A stretch of DNA of 64,000 nt from an uncultured Chitinophagales bacterium (GTDB lineage: Bacteria > Bacteroidota > Bacteroidia > Chitinophagales > UBA8649), in the NCBI GenBank assembly GCA_963932515.1, contig CAWVRT010000009.1, positions 1,208-65,207 on the forward strand, read 5' to 3'. Shown piece after piece: positions 19,404 to 29,392 of this stretch. The position numbers and the translations under genes were made by a program. Numbering within the stretch: position 1 is the stretch's first letter; the number at the start of each line of letters is the position of its first letter. The notes under the pieces were generated by a model. The model did no database searches and was not told the origin of the DNA. It worked only from the letters and a program-made list of their open reading frames with translations.

Positions 19404-20738
19404 ATGAAAGACCTTTCTTACTCATACAAAGACATTATTTCTTTAGCTATTCCGCTAATGTTAAGCAACTTTTTCTATACACTAATTTCATTTACAGATG
19501 TTGCATTTATGAAAGAAATTGGCTTAGCAGAACAAGGAGCTATCAACTTTGTCGCACTACTTTATTTGATATTTTTCATGATAAGCTTTGCTTATACTAA
19601 AGGAACACAAATATTTATAGCAAGAAAAGAAGGGGAAGATAAAAAATCTCATGTTGGCATTATTTTAGATAATACTATTTTTGTTTTAGGGGTTGTAGGC
19701 ATTATTTTATTCTTATTATTTGCATTATTCTCTAAAGAAATCTTAAATGTTTTTTTGGAAGATCCTGTCGTTTTACAAGCAGCAATGGATTATATTGGAA
19801 TTAGAAAATATGGATTCATTTATGGATTTATGGGTTCTGTTTTTATAGCTTATTATACTGGTATTTCTAAAGTAAAAACATTGGCGGTAGCTATTATAAT
19901 AATGGCAGTTTCTAATATTTTCTTAAATTATGTTTTGGTTTTTGGAAAATTCGGCTTCCCTGAAATGGGTATTAAAGGCGCTGCATTAGCTTCAAATATT
20001 GCTGAATTTATTTCTATTACTATCATGTGGGTTAATATTTTTACAAACAAACTCAACAAAAGACATTTACTCTTTAGTTTTAGATTAATTAAATGGGAGT
20101 ACATTAAAGTGATTTCTAAAATTTCTATGCCTATTGTTGTCCTAACCTTATTAGGTTTATTGACATGGCTTATCTTTTTTGCCTTAATAGAAAAAATGGG
20201 CGTTGAACAATTTGCTATTTCTGGAAGTATTAAACAAATTTATACCGTTTTTGGTATTTCAGCTTTTGCTCTTTCTTCTGTGACAAACACTATTATTAGT
20301 AATGTGATTGGACAGAAAAAATATCATGAAATTATTCCATTGACTAAAAGATTAGTTATTGTCAGCTTTAGTTTTATTATGGTATTTATTTCTGTTGCAT
20401 ATTATTTTAGGAGAGGTGTGTTGAGTTTAATTATGGAAGATTCCATCATAGAAGCCTCCTTACCTATTTTAAACATTACTTTACTTGCTTTGATTTTATA
20501 TTCTATTGGAAACGTTATTTACAATACAGTAGTAACCATTGGCTCAAATCTTATTAGCTTGGCTATTCTTTTTGCAGTAGTTGTGATTTATGCTGGTTTT
20601 GTATATTATGTATTTTTTATAGTACAAGACGACTTGCAACTTGCTTGGATAACCGAATGGGTTTACTGGTTTTCTTTAATGGTTATTTCCGCTGTCTATT
20701 TACGATTTGCTAATTGGAAAAAATATTTAAACCCCTAA
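19404..20738 (+). CDS. MATE family efflux transporter
   Basis: About 12 TM segments; LAIPLM...TDVAF and NIFLNYVLVFGKFGFPEMGIKGAALAS. Start moved to ATG 19404, after TACCTTTG at 19385-19392. Confidence 0.92.
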   Translation: MKDLSYSYKDIISLAIPLMLSNFFYTLISFTDVAFMKEIGLAEQGAINFVALLYLIFFMISFAYTKGTQIFIARKEGEDKKSHVGIILDNTIFVLGVVGIILFLLFALFSKEILNVFLEDPVVLQAAMDYIGIRKYGFIYGFMGSVFIAYYTGISKVKTLAVAIIIMAVSNIFLNYVLVFGKFGFPEMGIKGAALASNIAEFISITIMWVNIFTNKLNKRHLLFSFRLIKWEYIKVISKISMPIVVLTLLGLLTWLIFFALIEKMGVEQFAISGSIKQIYTVFGISAFALSSVTNTIISNVIGQKKYHEIIPLTKRLVIVSFSFIMVFISVAYYFRRGVLSLIMEDSIIEASLPILNITLLALILYSIGNVIYNTVVTIGSNLISLAILFAVVVIYAGFVYYVFFIVQDDLQLAWITEWVYWFSLMVISAVYLRFANWKKYLNP

Positions 20739-20750
20739 AACACTAAAACC

Positions 20751-21077
20751 ATGAAAAAAATTCTCTCTACAGTCCTAATCTTAATCGCTTTTTCGATTAC
20801 TTCTTTTGCTCAATCGCCTAAACTTTCTGCTTATTCAAATAAAAACGCACCTACGGCAACCTATAGAATAGGTTCAGTTTCTATAGCTGTTTGGGAGAAT
20901 GAAAAAGAAGGGAAATATGGTAAATACACAGACAAAAATTTTAAAGTTGTAAAAAGCTACAAAAAAGACGATAAGTGGATAGAGTCTAATAATTATACAA
21001 CAACAGAACTACTTCAATTGAAAGCAATTATTAATAAAGCGATCAATGAGGAAACAGTAAAAGTAAAAAAGAAGTAA
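20751..21077 (+). CDS. Small basic exported hypothetical protein (PC4/Whirly-like mature domain suspected)
   Basis: Sec signal peptide ending SFA|Q, 108 aa, 12 bp after the MATE gene. See findings. Confidence 0.7.
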   Translation: MKKILSTVLILIAFSITSFAQSPKLSAYSNKNAPTATYRIGSVSIAVWENEKEGKYGKYTDKNFKVVKSYKKDDKWIESNNYTTTELLQLKAIINKAINEETVKVKKK

Positions 21078-21129
21078 TTATTCTTCTTTCATTTCAGCTT
21101 TTCGCTAAGAATATATAACATCAACAAAT

Positions 21130-21660
21130 ATGAAAATCAAAATAAGAGAAGAGAAAACTTCAGATTACAAAACGGTATTCTTTTTAGTCGAGAAAGCTTT
21201 TAGAGACGTAAAAGAAAGTGATCATACTGAACAGATTTTAGTCTCAAAACTAAGAAGGTCTAGCTCTTTTATAAAAAAATTATCTTTAGTTGCAGAAGTC
21301 GATAACAAAGTTGTTGGCCACATTTTATTAAGTAAAGTTCAGATTAATGATACCAATAAATCTTTTGAATCTTTAGCTTTAGCACCAGTTTGTGTGTTAC
21401 CAACTTATCAAAAGAAAGGTATTGGTAAAGACTTGATTTTAGCTTCACATGAAATTGCTAAAGAAATGGGCTTTAAATCTGTTGTACTAATTGGTCATGC
21501 TACCTATTACCTTAAATTTGGTTACAAGCTAGCGAAAGAATTTGACATCAAGTTTCCTTTTAAGAAAATTCCTAAAGAAAATTGTTTGGTGAAAGAACTA
21601 GTAAAAAACGGTTTAAAAGATGTGAAAGGAATGGTTATATATCCTAAAGAATTTTCTTAA
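21130..21660 (+). CDS. GNAT family N-acetyltransferase (YhbS-like)
   Basis: LSLVAE...VVGHI, LAPVCVLP.YQKKGIG, VLIGH..YY.KFG. Confidence 0.9.
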   Translation: MKIKIREEKTSDYKTVFFLVEKAFRDVKESDHTEQILVSKLRRSSSFIKKLSLVAEVDNKVVGHILLSKVQINDTNKSFESLALAPVCVLPTYQKKGIGKDLILASHEIAKEMGFKSVVLIGHATYYLKFGYKLAKEFDIKFPFKKIPKENCLVKELVKNGLKDVKGMVIYPKEFS

Positions 21661-21710
21661 TCTTATTCTAAAAATTCTATCATTTTAAGCCTAACTTGTC
21701 CTATCAATTG

Positions 21711-21741
21711 AGGAATGTCCTTTTTTGTCATTCCTTTTTTT
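21711..21741 (+). terminator. Possible intrinsic terminator after the GNAT gene
   Basis: AGGAATG / CATTCCT stem followed by a T run. Confidence 0.5.
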
Positions 21742-21866
21742 AGCAATGGGGGACTTCACAATAAGTGATAACTTTCCCTGGCAAAAAAGACAAAACTTTT
21801 TTTAAGAATTTACTTTTCCTGTTCCAACTAAAGTATTTACAACTATTGGTAATTGATGGACTACCG

Positions 21867-22592
21867 CTAAACTAATAATCTTTTATATAACTGTATCGTA
21901 TTATCTAAACCTAAATACAAACAATCTCTCACAAATGCCTGACCGATAGACACTTCTAATAAATCAACAACATTATCTTTCAAAAAATTTAAGTTTTCTA
22001 AATTCAAGTCATGACCAGCATTAATACCTATTCCTATCTCGTTACAAAATTTAGCGGCATCTTTTATTAAAGAAATTGCTTGCTCTTTATCTTCAGGAAA
22101 TTTAGCCGCAAAAGGACCCGTATAAAACTCAATTCTATCCGCACCAACATCTTTAGCTCCTTGTATCATCTCTTTTTCTGTGCCTATAAATAAAGAAACT
22201 CTAATATCGTTTTCATTTAATTCAGCAATGACTTTAGTTAACAATTCTTTATCTTTAATCGTATCCCAACCATGGTCCGAAGTTAACTGACCTGGAGAAT
22301 CTGGTACCAAAGTACATTGATTTGGTTTTACAGCTAAAACCATTTTTATAAAATCTGCCGAAGGGTAACCTTCTATATTATATTCACAATTTTTGGTCGG
22401 TAAAAATTCTGCTAATTGATAAACATCTTTGTTTGTAATATGCCTTTCATCTGGTCTTGGGTGTACAGTAATACCATCGACACCAAAAGCCATGCAATCT
22501 TTGGCAAATTTCATTAAATTAGGAATATTTTCTCCTCTAGCATTTCTTAACAATGCAATTTTATTAATGTTTACTGAAAATTTTGTTTGCAT
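21867..22592 (-). CDS. pdxJ: Pyridoxine 5'-phosphate synthase
   Basis: SVNINKIALLRNARG, GITVHPRPDERHI, TLVPD, NAGHDL. Confidence 0.97.
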   Translation of the reverse strand: MQTKFSVNINKIALLRNARGENIPNLMKFAKDCMAFGVDGITVHPRPDERHITNKDVYQLAEFLPTKNCEYNIEGYPSADFIKMVLAVKPNQCTLVPDSPGQLTSDHGWDTIKDKELLTKVIAELNENDIRVSLFIGTEKEMIQGAKDVGADRIEFYTGPFAAKFPEDKEQAISLIKDAAKFCNEIGIGINAGHDLNLENLNFLKDNVVDLLEVSIGQAFVRDCLYLGLDNTIQLYKRLLV

Positions 22593-23587
22593 TATTTTAT
22601 TATTGGGAAATCATTTTCTAAAATATCTATCAAATCTTTATTTCCAATAAAAACTGGACATCTTTGATGCAATTCTATTGGTACAATTTCTAAAATACTT
22701 TTTTCACCATCAGAAGATTTCCCACCTGCTTGGTCTACTAAAAACCCCATTGGAATACACTCATATAACAACCTTAACTTTCCACCAGGAGCAAAACTTG
22801 TAGCAGGATACATAAATACACCTCCTTTCAATAATGTTCTATGAACATCGCCTACCATAGAACCTATATAACGCATTCCCATTTCTCTGTCTTCCACTAA
22901 ATAATCTAAATATCTTCTTACATTCTCAGGAAAATGAGAATAATTTGCTTGATTTACTGAATAATGACCACCTTCTAAATTCATTTTCATATCTCTATGA
23001 GACAAACAAAACTCCCCAATTGAAGGGTCTAAAGTAAAACCATTTACGCCATTACCCGTTGAATAAACCAACATAGTACTCGAACCATAAATAACATAAC
23101 CAGCAGCAACTACTTCCGTACCTTTTTGTAAGAAATCTTCTAAACTACAATCTTTAGACATATCTTTTCTTTTGTAAATAGAAAAAATAGTTCCAATAGA
23201 AGCATTAATGTCAATGTTTTTAGAACCATCTAAAGGATCAAACAATACAACATAATGAGCTTTTTTACCTTCTTCTGTTGTTACTATAACTACCTCATCT
23301 TCTTCCTCAGAACCAAAACCAGCCAACTGCCCACCATTGGCAATATAGTTTTTCAAAACATCATTAGAATAATCATCTAATTTTTGAATTTCTTCTCCTT
23401 GAATATTCGTTTCTCCTACAGCACCAAGAATATCAACCAAACCAGCTTTATTTACGCTTCTATTAATCAACTTAGATGCTACACCTATGTCTCTTAAAAG
23501 TTTAGATAAATCTCCTGTTGCATCAGGGTAATTTTTTTCTCTACGAATAATAAATTCATCCAAAGTTGTTCCTATATCTAATGTCAT
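22592..23587 (-). CDS. fbp: Class 1 fructose-1,6-bisphosphatase
   Basis: FDPLDGSKNID, RYIGSMVGDVHRTL, GKLRLLYEC. Confidence 0.97.
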   Translation of the reverse strand: MTLDIGTTLDEFIIRREKNYPDATGDLSKLLRDIGVASKLINRSVNKAGLVDILGAVGETNIQGEEIQKLDDYSNDVLKNYIANGGQLAGFGSEEEDEVVIVTTEEGKKAHYVVLFDPLDGSKNIDINASIGTIFSIYKRKDMSKDCSLEDFLQKGTEVVAAGYVIYGSSTMLVYSTGNGVNGFTLDPSIGEFCLSHRDMKMNLEGGHYSVNQANYSHFPENVRRYLDYLVEDREMGMRYIGSMVGDVHRTLLKGGVFMYPATSFAPGGKLRLLYECIPMGFLVDQAGGKSSDGEKSILEIVPIELHQRCPVFIGNKDLIDILENDFPIIK

Positions 23588-23722
23588 ATTCCTTTTATTT
23601 TGGGACGTAAAGATATACTTTTTTTATTTTAGCTGCTTGGCTTTTGGCTTCTAGCTTTTAGCTATTGACTTAGCATAGCAATTACGTACAATAATTATCA
23701 AAAAAAAAACTATTTTTACAAC

Positions 23723-24505
23723 ATGAAATATAGTCAATCATATATTGTAAGAATTCAGTTCTTAGGTTTTCGTTTTCATGGCTGGCAAAAACAACCAGAT
23801 TTCAAAACCGTACACGATATAGTAGATAAAACTTTATCATTCACTTTGGAACATTTTGATTTCAAATCTCATGGCGTAGGTCGTACAGATGCTAAAGTTT
23901 CGGCACAAAACTATCCTTTACAATTATTTACAGATGACAATATAGATTTTGAAGATTTTATCGCTAAATTTAACGATAATGCACCTTTTGATTTGAAGTG
24001 CTTATCTATAGAATCTTGCCCTATAAAGTTCAATATAATTAATTCACCTAAAATAAAAACCTACCATTACTATTTTAGCTTTGGTCATAAGCAAAATCCT
24101 ATGTGCGCGCCAATTATCATTAGTTTTTTAGAAAACTTAGATATTAAAAAAATGAAAGTTGCCGCCAAACTTTTTGAAGGTACTCATTATTTTAAAAGAT
24201 ATTGTAGTCAACCAAAAGAAAATAGCATTTTCACAAGAACAATTGATCTTTGTGAAATCAGAGAAAATGACATTATTACCGCTAATTTTTTACCCGAAAA
24301 AACATGGGTGCTTGAAGTAAAAGGAAAAGGATTTTTAAGATATCAAATACGTTTGATGATGGGTGTTTTAGTTCAAATTGGCGGTGGCAAATTAGCAATG
24401 GATTTTATTACAAAATCATTGCAAGAAGAATGGGATATTAATTATATCCGACATATTGCGCCTACTAGTGGTTTACAGTTGTTTGATGTTGAGTTTTTGG
24501 ATTAA
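23723..24505 (+). CDS. truA: tRNA pseudouridine(38-40) synthase
   Basis: G.RFHGWQKQP, GRTDAKVSA, GKGFLRYQIR, AP..GL.L. Confidence 0.9.
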   Translation: MKYSQSYIVRIQFLGFRFHGWQKQPDFKTVHDIVDKTLSFTLEHFDFKSHGVGRTDAKVSAQNYPLQLFTDDNIDFEDFIAKFNDNAPFDLKCLSIESCPIKFNIINSPKIKTYHYYFSFGHKQNPMCAPIIISFLENLDIKKMKVAAKLFEGTHYFKRYCSQPKENSIFTRTIDLCEIRENDIITANFLPEKTWVLEVKGKGFLRYQIRLMMGVLVQIGGGKLAMDFITKSLQEEWDINYIRHIAPTSGLQLFDVEFLD

Positions 24506-24660
24506 GAGAATAATCTCTCAAATGTTAATCAAAAAAGAATAACTATTTTTCTAAAACCATTCAGTTAGAATATCTTAGCATTTAATCTATAAATAAAAGG
24601 GTTTCGCTATTTTCAGCTTAATAAAACCCCTTTAAATAATTTTGATTCAAACAGAAAATA

Positions 24661-27279
24661 ATGGCAAAAGCAAAACAAAAAAATGAAAAACCGCAGACGC
24701 CTTTAATGGTTCAATACAATAAAATTAAACAAAAATATAGTGATGCTATTTTATTGTTTCGCGTTGGAGATTTTTATGAAACTTTTGGAGAAGATGCTAT
24801 TAAAACAGCCAAAATAACCGGTATTGTTTTAACAAAAAGACACAATGGTTCTGCTTCTGAGATTGAACTGGCTGGCTTTCCTTACCACTCATTGGACACT
24901 TATTTACCAAAATTAGTAAAATCTGGTTATCGTGTAGCTATTTGCGACCAATTAGAAAAACCATCAAAAGACAAAAAGATAGTAAAAAGAGGTGTGACCG
25001 AATTGGTTACTCCTGGGGTTGCTTTAAACGATAATATTTTAGATAATAGAAGTAATAATTTTTTGGCTTCTGTGTTTATTGGCAAGAAGAAATCTGCTGT
25101 TTCATTTATAGATATTTCTACAGGTGAGTTTTTAGTTGCCGAAGGAAATGTTCATTATATAGAAAAGATGATTCAAAGTTTTGCTCCTTCAGAAGTATTG
25201 TATCCTAAAATGATGGACAAAGTCTATAAAGAACATTTTGGAACACAATACTACACTTACAAACTAGAAGATTGGATTTATACAGACACTTACACGCATG
25301 AAACACTTTGCAAACATTTTGAAGTAAAAACTTTAAAAGGTTACGGCATAGAAAATAGTCCAGAAGTAATACTTTCTGCTGGTGCTATACTACATTATTT
25401 AGCAGATACAGAGCATTCTAAACTGCAACACATCAATGCTATTTCTAGAATTGCTGAAGATAAATATGTTTGGTTAGATCGTTTTTCCATTAGAAATCTA
25501 GAACTAGTTCATAGTCCAAATGATGACGCTAAAACTTTACTAGATGTAATGGATAGTACGGTTTCTCCAATGGGTGCCAGAATGATGAAAAAATGGATTT
25601 TATTACCATTAATCAAAATTCAAGAAATAAATGAAAGACTAGACAATGTTACCCATTTAATCAAAGATGATGAATTAAGTTCTTCTGTAAGAACTGAGTT
25701 GAAAAGAATGGGCGATATTGAAAGAATGATTGCCAAGGTTCCTTCAGGAAAAATTAGTCCTAGAGAAATTGTTCAGTTGAAAAAGGCTTTACAATCTATC
25801 AAACCAATTAAAGAAGCTTTTAGTAATTCTAATTGCAAATCTTTACAAAAATTGGCAGAGCAATTAAATCCTTGTCCTGTTTTAATAGAAAAATTAGATA
25901 AAGAACTTGAAGAGGATGCGCCTACCCTTTTAAATAAAGGAAAATCTATAGCAGATGGGGTTTCTGCAGAATTAGATAAATACAGAAGGATTTCAACTTC
26001 TGGAAAAGATTTTTTATTAGAGATTCAACAAAGAGAACAAGAAAATACGAGTATTTCTTCTTTAAAAATTGGGTTTAATAATGTTTTTGGTTATTACTTA
26101 GAAGTGAGAAATGGACATAAGGATAAGGTTCCTGAAGAATGGATTCGTAAGCAAACGTTAACTTCTGCAGAAAGATACATTACGGAAGAATTGAAAGAAT
26201 ATGAGCAAAAAATATTAACTGCTCAAGATAAAATTTCCAATTTAGAAGCAGAATTATTTAATCAGATTGTTGTCTTTTTACATGACTATATTTTAGCTAT
26301 TCAATTGAATGCAAATCTAATTGCTCAAATAGATTGCTTATTGTCTTTTGCTGAAACCGCAGAAAAGAATAATTACAATAGACCAGAAGTTAATGAATCT
26401 TTAATAATTGATATTAAAAATGGACGACATCCCGTTATTGAAAAGCAATTGCCAATAGAAGAATCCTATGTTCCCAATAACACTTATTTAGATACTGACA
26501 CACAACAAATCATTATGATTACCGGGCCAAACATGTCTGGAAAATCAGCAGTACTAAGACAAACAGCCTTGATAGTCTTAATGGCACAAATGGGAAGTTT
26601 TGTACCCGCAGATTCGGCAGAAATAGGTTTTGTAGACAAAGTATTTACCAGAGTTGGTGCCTCAGATAATATTTCTAGTGGCGAGTCTACTTTTATGGTA
26701 GAAATGAATGAAACCGCCAATATTGTAAATAACATTTCGAACAGAAGTTTAATTCTTTTAGATGAAATAGGTAGAGGAACTTCTACTTATGATGGAATTT
26801 CTATTGCATGGTCTATCGCTGAATATTTACACAACCACCCCAAATTTCACCCAAAGACTTTATTTGCCACTCATTATCACGAGTTGAATGAACTAGCAGA
26901 TAAGTACCATCGAATCAAAAATTTCAGTATTTCTACCAAGGAAGTAGGTCAAAAAGTATTATTTTTAAGGAAATTAATTGAAGGTGGATCAAAACATAGT
27001 TTCGGAATTCACGTTGCTAAAATAGCTGGAATGCCGAAAGAAATTGTTTCTAGAGCAAATGACTTATTGAAACAATTGGAAACAAAACACATTGACAACT
27101 CCATTGAGAAAAAAGTTAAGTCAATTCCTGCGAGTTATCAGATGAGTATTTTTGGTGCTGAACCAGATCCAAAAATGGAGGAATTAAAAAACGAAATTGA
27201 AAAGATTGAAATAAATAGATTAACACCTGTAGAAGCTTTATTGAAATTGAATGAATTAATTAAAATATTGGAAGCGTAG
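24661..27279 (+). CDS. mutS: DNA mismatch repair protein MutS
   Basis: TPLM.QY, FRVGDFYETF, TGPNMSGKS, DEIGRGTST, FATHYHEL. Confidence 0.98.
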   Translation: MAKAKQKNEKPQTPLMVQYNKIKQKYSDAILLFRVGDFYETFGEDAIKTAKITGIVLTKRHNGSASEIELAGFPYHSLDTYLPKLVKSGYRVAICDQLEKPSKDKKIVKRGVTELVTPGVALNDNILDNRSNNFLASVFIGKKKSAVSFIDISTGEFLVAEGNVHYIEKMIQSFAPSEVLYPKMMDKVYKEHFGTQYYTYKLEDWIYTDTYTHETLCKHFEVKTLKGYGIENSPEVILSAGAILHYLADTEHSKLQHINAISRIAEDKYVWLDRFSIRNLELVHSPNDDAKTLLDVMDSTVSPMGARMMKKWILLPLIKIQEINERLDNVTHLIKDDELSSSVRTELKRMGDIERMIAKVPSGKISPREIVQLKKALQSIKPIKEAFSNSNCKSLQKLAEQLNPCPVLIEKLDKELEEDAPTLLNKGKSIADGVSAELDKYRRISTSGKDFLLEIQQREQENTSISSLKIGFNNVFGYYLEVRNGHKDKVPEEWIRKQTLTSAERYITEELKEYEQKILTAQDKISNLEAELFNQIVVFLHDYILAIQLNANLIAQIDCLLSFAETAEKNNYNRPEVNESLIIDIKNGRHPVIEKQLPIEESYVPNNTYLDTDTQQIIMITGPNMSGKSAVLRQTALIVLMAQMGSFVPADSAEIGFVDKVFTRVGASDNISSGESTFMVEMNETANIVNNISNRSLILLDEIGRGTSTYDGISIAWSIAEYLHNHPKFHPKTLFATHYHELNELADKYHRIKNFSISTKEVGQKVLFLRKLIEGGSKHSFGIHVAKIAGMPKEIVSRANDLLKQLETKHIDNSIEKKVKSIPASYQMSIFGAEPDPKMEELKNEIEKIEINRLTPVEALLKLNELIKILEA

Positions 27280-27310
27280 AATTGGCGCATTTTTTGAATA
27301 CCTACTAATA

Positions 27311-28420
27311 ATGATCAAATACATTGCACTAAGCATATTCGTTTTCTCTATCTTGTTTGCTAAAGCACAACAATTAGGGGTCTTTCAAGATAGTCAGCAG
27401 AAATTTTATATTTTTGACAAAGACCACTTTTACAAAGCGGAACATCTGCCGGTAAAGGACTATTGGATTGGAAAAAACTATGTGGCTTATATCGCTAACA
27501 ATGGTCGATTCAATATTTATTATCAAGGGGTAAAGCATGAAATAACTTCTGCAAACGTAAGCGTTAGAGCCACTGATAATTTTATGGCATACTTTATTGA
27601 TGAGCAATTATGGATTTTTAATGGCTCAGAAGTTAAGTTTTTAGAACCTTGGGTAAAAACAGATAACTCAACGACTGATATTAGAAGTTTTTCAAGTTTT
27701 GTTGTTTCAGATAATATTTTAGCCTTTACAAATTCTTTCAATCGTTTTTATGTCTATGAAAATGGAGGAGCTAATGAAATAGAACTCTGGGATGTGAAAA
27801 GATTAGATGCTGGAGAAAATATTATTGCTTATGTAAATGATAACGACTTTTTTAAAGTTTACTATAAAGGCAAAAAATATGAAATTGAAGATATTACCCC
27901 ACAATCTTTTCAAGCCAATAAAGATATAGTTGCTTATGTAGATGATTTTGGAACTTTTAAAGTTTGGCATAAAGGAAAAATGGCAGAACTACAAGACAAT
28001 AGACCTTTAGAATATTGTACGGGAGAAAATATGGTTGCCTATACTGATGACATGAACCAATTTGTATGTTATTACGAAGGAGTTCTTTATGACATATTAG
28101 ACTACACGCCTAATAAGATAATAATGCAAGACAATGTTTTAGTTTATAATGATAATAGAAATTATACGCATGTTTTTTATAAAGGAAAAAATATAAGAAT
28201 TACACCTTATGCAGCTAGAAATATTATTGTAAATGATGACTTTGTTGTCTTTCAAGATTTAGATGGCTACATTAAAGCTTTTTCTAAAGGAGTAATTATA
28301 GACATTTCTAATGAGATAGCGATAGATTTTGAAGTATTCAATAATGTAGTCATCTATAGACCAAATGAATATACCTGGAAAGCTGTTTATGATGGGGAAG
28401 TATTTTCTTATTTGCCGTAG
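27311..28420 (+). CDS. Exported hypothetical protein built from ~35-aa beta-rich repeats
   Basis: Signal peptide ending AKA|Q; repeated N.VAY.D....F.VYY.G units. Confidence 0.75.
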   Translation: MIKYIALSIFVFSILFAKAQQLGVFQDSQQKFYIFDKDHFYKAEHLPVKDYWIGKNYVAYIANNGRFNIYYQGVKHEITSANVSVRATDNFMAYFIDEQLWIFNGSEVKFLEPWVKTDNSTTDIRSFSSFVVSDNILAFTNSFNRFYVYENGGANEIELWDVKRLDAGENIIAYVNDNDFFKVYYKGKKYEIEDITPQSFQANKDIVAYVDDFGTFKVWHKGKMAELQDNRPLEYCTGENMVAYTDDMNQFVCYYEGVLYDILDYTPNKIIMQDNVLVYNDNRNYTHVFYKGKNIRITPYAARNIIVNDDFVVFQDLDGYIKAFSKGVIIDISNEIAIDFEVFNNVVIYRPNEYTWKAVYDGEVFSYLP

Positions 28421-28445
28421 TTGATTACTATTATTTCATAAATTA

Positions 28446-29291
28446 TCATATACTCATAGTCACAATACTCTTAATAACGACTATTCCATCTACGACCAAT
28501 TTTATTTGATATTTTTCTTCTGGATATTCTAAAGAATTGAAAGCATATTCCATTTTACTTAATCCAATGGGCATATTCGGGTTGTTATACAACTCTTTTA
28601 CTAAAATATTTTCCATCGTGAACATGGCAATATGAATTTTTTTAGGATGAACTAAATTCATAGAAAAATTACCATTTACTCTTAACTCTCTTTGAGAAAT
28701 TATTGGTTTAATATTAGGTTCCACAACTACTTCTATACCATTTTCATCTATCCTCACAACGACAAGCGCTCCTAATTCATTTATTCTAATTTTGTCTAAC
28801 TCATCTTCTTTATACATTTTCTGTGCAATATCCCACATTAAAAATTGAGCCGCTGGTTCAAATTTCTGATTATCTTCTACAAAAGAACTGAGTTTACATA
28901 ATTGATTATTTGCTTTAGCTAAAACCTGATAAATAGTTCCCGTAATTGGTGCCATGTCCGATTGTTCTATACACATTGCTTTTAGCTGAATATTTTTACT
29001 TCTATTTGGTTCTAATACTATAATTTGTTCTTCTGTAATTATAAAATTCTGAAATTTTATATCATCTGGAATTAGTAAAGTACCATTATCTAATATCAAG
29101 GATTGCTTTTGATTGGACACATTTCTAATAGAAATACTAAAAGGAGAATGATAATGGGTACTATTCTCATTGACAGAAATAGTCAATTTTACTTTCTTTT
29201 GATCTAAAGCGTTTTTGAATGAGATTGTTTCTGCTTGAGCTGAAACAAAAATAAGTAGACTGAATAGTGATAATAAATAGACTTTAAACAT
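28446..29291 (-). CDS. Exported hypothetical protein (thioester-domain-like motifs, Ig-like C-terminus suspected)
   Basis: Signal peptide ending AQA|E, 281 aa. See findings. Confidence 0.75.
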   Translation of the reverse strand: MFKVYLLSLFSLLIFVSAQAETISFKNALDQKKVKLTISVNENSTHYHSPFSISIRNVSNQKQSLILDNGTLLIPDDIKFQNFIITEEQIIVLEPNRSKNIQLKAMCIEQSDMAPITGTIYQVLAKANNQLCKLSSFVEDNQKFEPAAQFLMWDIAQKMYKEDELDKIRINELGALVVVRIDENGIEVVVEPNIKPIISQRELRVNGNFSMNLVHPKKIHIAMFTMENILVKELYNNPNMPIGLSKMEYAFNSLEYPEEKYQIKLVVDGIVVIKSIVTMSI

Positions 29292-29336
29292 TTGAGTTTT
29301 CTTTCTCTAACGTTTTTTAGTAAGTAATTTATTGCA

Positions 29337-29369
29337 TAAAAAAAGCCATACAAAAAAATTGTATGGCTT
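29337..29369 (-). terminator. Intrinsic terminator of the DEAD-box helicase gene
   Basis: AAGCCATACAA / TTGTATGGCTT stem, with an A-run on + giving a U-tract on -. Confidence 0.8.
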
Positions 29370-29392
29370 AGAATATATTATTTTAAAAGAAA

